Shown here one piece after another: positions 60,827 through 64,000 of a stretch of 64,000 bases of DNA. The translations under genes and the position numbers were made by a program. The notes below the pieces were generated by a model, which was not told the origin of the DNA, did no database searches, and saw only the letters and a list, made by a program, of their open reading frames with translations. How positions within the stretch are numbered: position 1 is the first letter of the stretch; each line of letters begins with the position of its first letter. This stretch comes from Heptranchias perlo (taxonomy: Eukaryota), in the NCBI RefSeq assembly GCF_035084215.1, contig NC_090354.1, positions 7,998,001 through 8,062,000 of the forward strand, read 5' to 3'.

Positions 60827-61459
60827 AAGGGGAGGGCAGGATCAGGCTCAGTGAGATGCTCCCTGCTGTCGGCTATCAGGCCAACAATCACACGTAGCCA
60901 CTGGGTGAGGTACCAGAGGGCATGCAGCAGCTATGGAACAGTCCCCCAGCAAGGAATTAATGCCTTCAGGAAGGGAAAGGAGAGAATTTATGAAAGGAAA
61001 CAGGACAGATTTCCCTGGGTTCTGCGTCTGGGTGCAGCAAGTACAGGAAAATCGGGCAGGCTCCCATGCGAGCACGCATTCCTCCCTGCCCGATTTTCCT
61101 GTATGCAATCCGATCAGGCAGGGGGCCAGGAAATACTACTTCTATAAAGCTTCGATAAAAGTTTGACGAGATTCTTTATACAGCATCATACACATTTTAA
61201 TCAACGTGAAACCCATTTCTTTTTGTTGCAGCTGGATCATTTAGGGTTTGTGGAATGCATCATGGGGTTAAGACAGGCAGATTTGTATCTCAAGAACACA
61301 TTCCTACCATTGAAGTCAGATAAACTGGGAAGAAATGACGAGAGTTCATGAGTAAGCCAGGAATTACAGGACTAATCTAACCTAGGAGTTCAGACAATTT
61401 TATAAAACAAAAGACAAATGCTTGAACGGTTTATAACTGTCATAACTTATAACTTGTGG

Positions 61460-61552
61460 CTTGGTATGAAATTTTGTTGGATAACGGTGCTGTGAAGCGC
61501 CTTGGGATGTGTTACTATGTTAAAGGCGCTATATAAATGCAAGTTGTTGGTA
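61460..61552 (+). mobile_element. L2-type tail
   Basis: GTGAAGCGCCTTGGGATG...AAAGGCGCTATATAAATGCAAGTTG. Confidence 0.7.
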
Positions 61553-62484
61553 TAGATGACAACAACAACAAGACTAGGCCACAGTCTTGTACTTCATATC
61601 CCCTCTCCTCTCCAAGACACGTTTTGTTCTGACGGAAGGGCACTTCAATTACCTTGATGCTCAAGATGGTTGACACCCTTTCTTGAACAGGTTCTGTTCA
61701 CACCAACACACACTAAACCACCCACAGGGCACTAATCTTCCATACCAACACACACTCCCACCACCCCCAACAGTAGACCACCCCTCTCTCTACACCACAT
61801 GGCCACCTTATTTCACATGATCCCAATACCATGAAATTGTGTGTTTCAAGGGCTTGGTTCCAGCACTTGGAAGTTGTGGCCAAGTTAATAATCAAGTTAA
61901 ACTGTTCAGAATGACCTCTTGCAAGATTGCTTTGAATCCTACACGTACAGCAGTGAGCAGTTGATCCTAGTCCAGAGTCTGGTATTCTTGCAGTACGGAG
62001 AATCACAGTCAGTTTTAATCTTCCTCGTTTGCAGACATATCAACTGTTTGCACTTTACCCCTACCCCCCACCCCCCCCAAATCAGCTGAGAGGATAATCT
62101 GTTCCTGTAAGACAAGCCGTCTATCACATGCCAAATGGACACACATAATGGGTGATCTACCCTTTCCCTTAGGCATTCCCAACAGACATCTTGGACTCTT
62201 GGCTTGCACAGACCTTTCCTGGAATTACATCCCTTCAAAGGGCACAGATCAAAGTTCAAGCATACACATACAAAAAAAAGAGACCAGCCAAACATGTTTG
62301 ACTGCCAAGGTTATTCTACAAGTAAAAACTGGCCCAGGATAGTTAGCAGCAGCTAATTCATCTACTGACTAATAACTCATCTTCAGAGAAAGTTATAGCC
62401 TTTTGTGTGTATATACTTTAACTATTGTGCTACTGTAAAGCAGCTTTCACGTCAGAATGATGCTAAAGATGCAGTATGAATCCA

Positions 62485-62624
62485 GAGAGCGCGAGCGAGA
62501 GAGCGCGAGCGAGAGAGCGCGAGCGAGAGCGCGCGAGCGAGAGCGCGCGAGCGAGAGCGCGCGAGCGAGAGAGCGCGAGCGAGAGAGCGCGAGCGAGAGA
62601 GCGCGAGCGAGAGAGCGCGAGCGA
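62485..62624. repeat. CpG-rich 14-bp minisatellite, 10 units
   Basis: (GAGAGCGCGAGCGA)3 (GAGCGCGCGAGCGA)3 (GAGAGCGCGAGCGA)4. Confidence 0.95.
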
Positions 62625-63639
62625 GAGAGGCAAAGAGAAAGACAGACAGACAGAGACAGAAAAGAAAAGAGCTCCCTGGAGCACTGCTTGGGTTCCACAT
62701 TGCGTGGAGTTTAGTGCAGTGTCAAACCAACTTTAAAAAGTGCTCAAGACGTCCCTTGAAACCCTTCTACCTCCCCCTCCCCAGCACCCGTTAACCTGCA
62801 GCTAATTTATACATTGAGAGTGTTCAAGCATTCTCCTCCCACTCTCTAAAATATTTAAAATTAACCCAGCAGCTACAGCACAAGAGTTATCTTTTGTACT
62901 TCAGTGTTTCATTTGTACAATACAGATCTGCACTGGTTTCCGATTAAACCAATTGCTGATGAAGTGAATAATGTGTAACCACAAATTATGTTATCAACAA
63001 TTCAGCCAAAGTACAAAATCTTGTTTTTGCCACCAATTAATTTTCTCTTCAGAAAGCGCAGGTCTCGCTCAGTACTTTGGCCAAATGGCCATTTTTCAGG
63101 CGTCAACCTTTGGCGATGAACGCCAGTAAGCTGTTCAACCATTGAGGGAGTCACGTCCAACCCAATCCCAGCTTCACCCAAACTCCATATACACGCATTC
63201 TCCTGCAGAAATCATGGGATATTAATCCAGAACAGGAACCCAGGCAACTGGCACCAACCCCAAAGTAAACCTAAGAACAGCTATTATGTAACTTGGGCTG
63301 TGAAGGTGAACAGAACTAGAGACAGAGCACCACCAGCTCAAATGATTCAGTTGTCAGGATTATACGTTATGGGTGCAGGCTACTCACTTTGCCAAAATCC
63401 ACCCATAAATTGCTCACTGGGCTGTCACGTTCTACACAGCAGCTCAAATCATAAATAGAAGTTTTCTCCAGGACTTGTGAACCATCCTCTGGACGGGAGT
63501 GGAGAGTCTGCACCAATGATTAATTAACAGGAAGTCCGTGACGCCTTCATAGTACTACAGGCTCAAACTCCTCACACTGGTGGGTGAGAGCAGAAAACCC
63601 AATGAACCTTCATCAAGAGGAGAAAAAGAAACCAATTGC

Positions 63640-63852
63640 ATCAGCTTGGTTCAATTGGTAGGATACTCATCTCAAGAGTCAGTTGGGGGGAGGAAAGAGG
63701 GGGGAGGGGTTCAAACTTCTCCTCTCCCCCCATCCCCAGACTTGGGCACACAATCTAGGCTGACACTTCAGTGCAGAACTGGGGAGTGTTACATTGTCAG
63801 AAGTGTTGTCAGAGGAGATGTCAATCTTGAGGCATCTGCCTATTCAGGTGAA
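63640..63852 (+). mobile_element. Degenerate DeuSINE 5' part
   Basis: GACTTGGGCACACAATCTAGGCTGACACTTCAGTGCAG matches the other copies. Confidence 0.65.
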
Positions 63853-63855
63853 CCA

Positions 63856-64000
63856 AGGCTTCTTCGACAGCACCTCTACCATCTAGAAGGACGAGGGCAG
63901 CAGGCACATGGGAACACCACCACCTGCACGTTCCCATCCAAGTCACACACCATCCTGACTTGGAAATATATCGCCGTTCCTTCATTGTTGCTGAGTCAAA
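63856..64000 (+). mobile_element. LINE (CR1/L2 group) ORF2 3' fragment running off the window
   Basis: CTAGAAGGAC.AGGGCAGCAG..ACATGGGAACACCACCACCTGCA...CACCATCCTGACTTGGAAATATATCGCCGTTCCTTC, recalled as a common shark LINE end. Confidence 0.55.

Noticed and set aside
61645-61715. AAG|GTAATT donor as the missing upstream non-coding OSBPL7 exon
   Set aside because: Plausible, but unsupported by any clear acceptor or promoter; cannot be called from sequence alone.
62447-62736. Five overlapping ORFs with RARERE / SRSLAR repeats resembling SR-type proteins
   Set aside because: They are translations of the 14-bp minisatellite, which has no stop codons in any frame.
1-64000. Prokaryote-style systems (operons, CRISPR arrays, defence islands)
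   Set aside because: The window is spliced vertebrate DNA; no regularly spaced repeat-spacer array or dense gene cluster is present.

Overview
This is eukaryotic (vertebrate) genomic DNA. The repeat content (CR1/HER1-type LINEs, SacSINE1-like DeuSINEs, Penelope elements) points to a cartilaginous fish, probably a shark (inference). The main feature is one minus-strand intron-containing gene of the OSBPL3/6/7 oxysterol-binding-protein-related subfamily, best matching OSBPL7. I traced 22 coding exons by hand, from ATG 58136 to TGA 14038. All introns are GT-AG and phase-consistent, giving 2682 nt / 893 aa with a PH domain, an FFAT motif (EFFDAED) and an ORD (EQVSHHPP). Introns and flanks hold many truncated CR1 and L2 LINE remnants, DeuSINEs, about 25 copies of an old tRNA-headed SINE-like family I cannot name, Penelope-like retroelement pieces, a TIR element, a palindromic element and a CpG-rich minisatellite. 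The Penelope pieces include a minimal hammerhead-ribozyme motif and two young hairpin micro-insertions with target-site duplications. Nearly all other ORFs in the supplied track are spurious or decayed retroelement frames. I found no convincing new protein-coding system; the best leads are RNA- and retroelement-level. Exon coordinates were counted to the base. Repeat boundaries are by eye (about +/-20 bp). Family names come from recalled consensus motifs, not from database searches.
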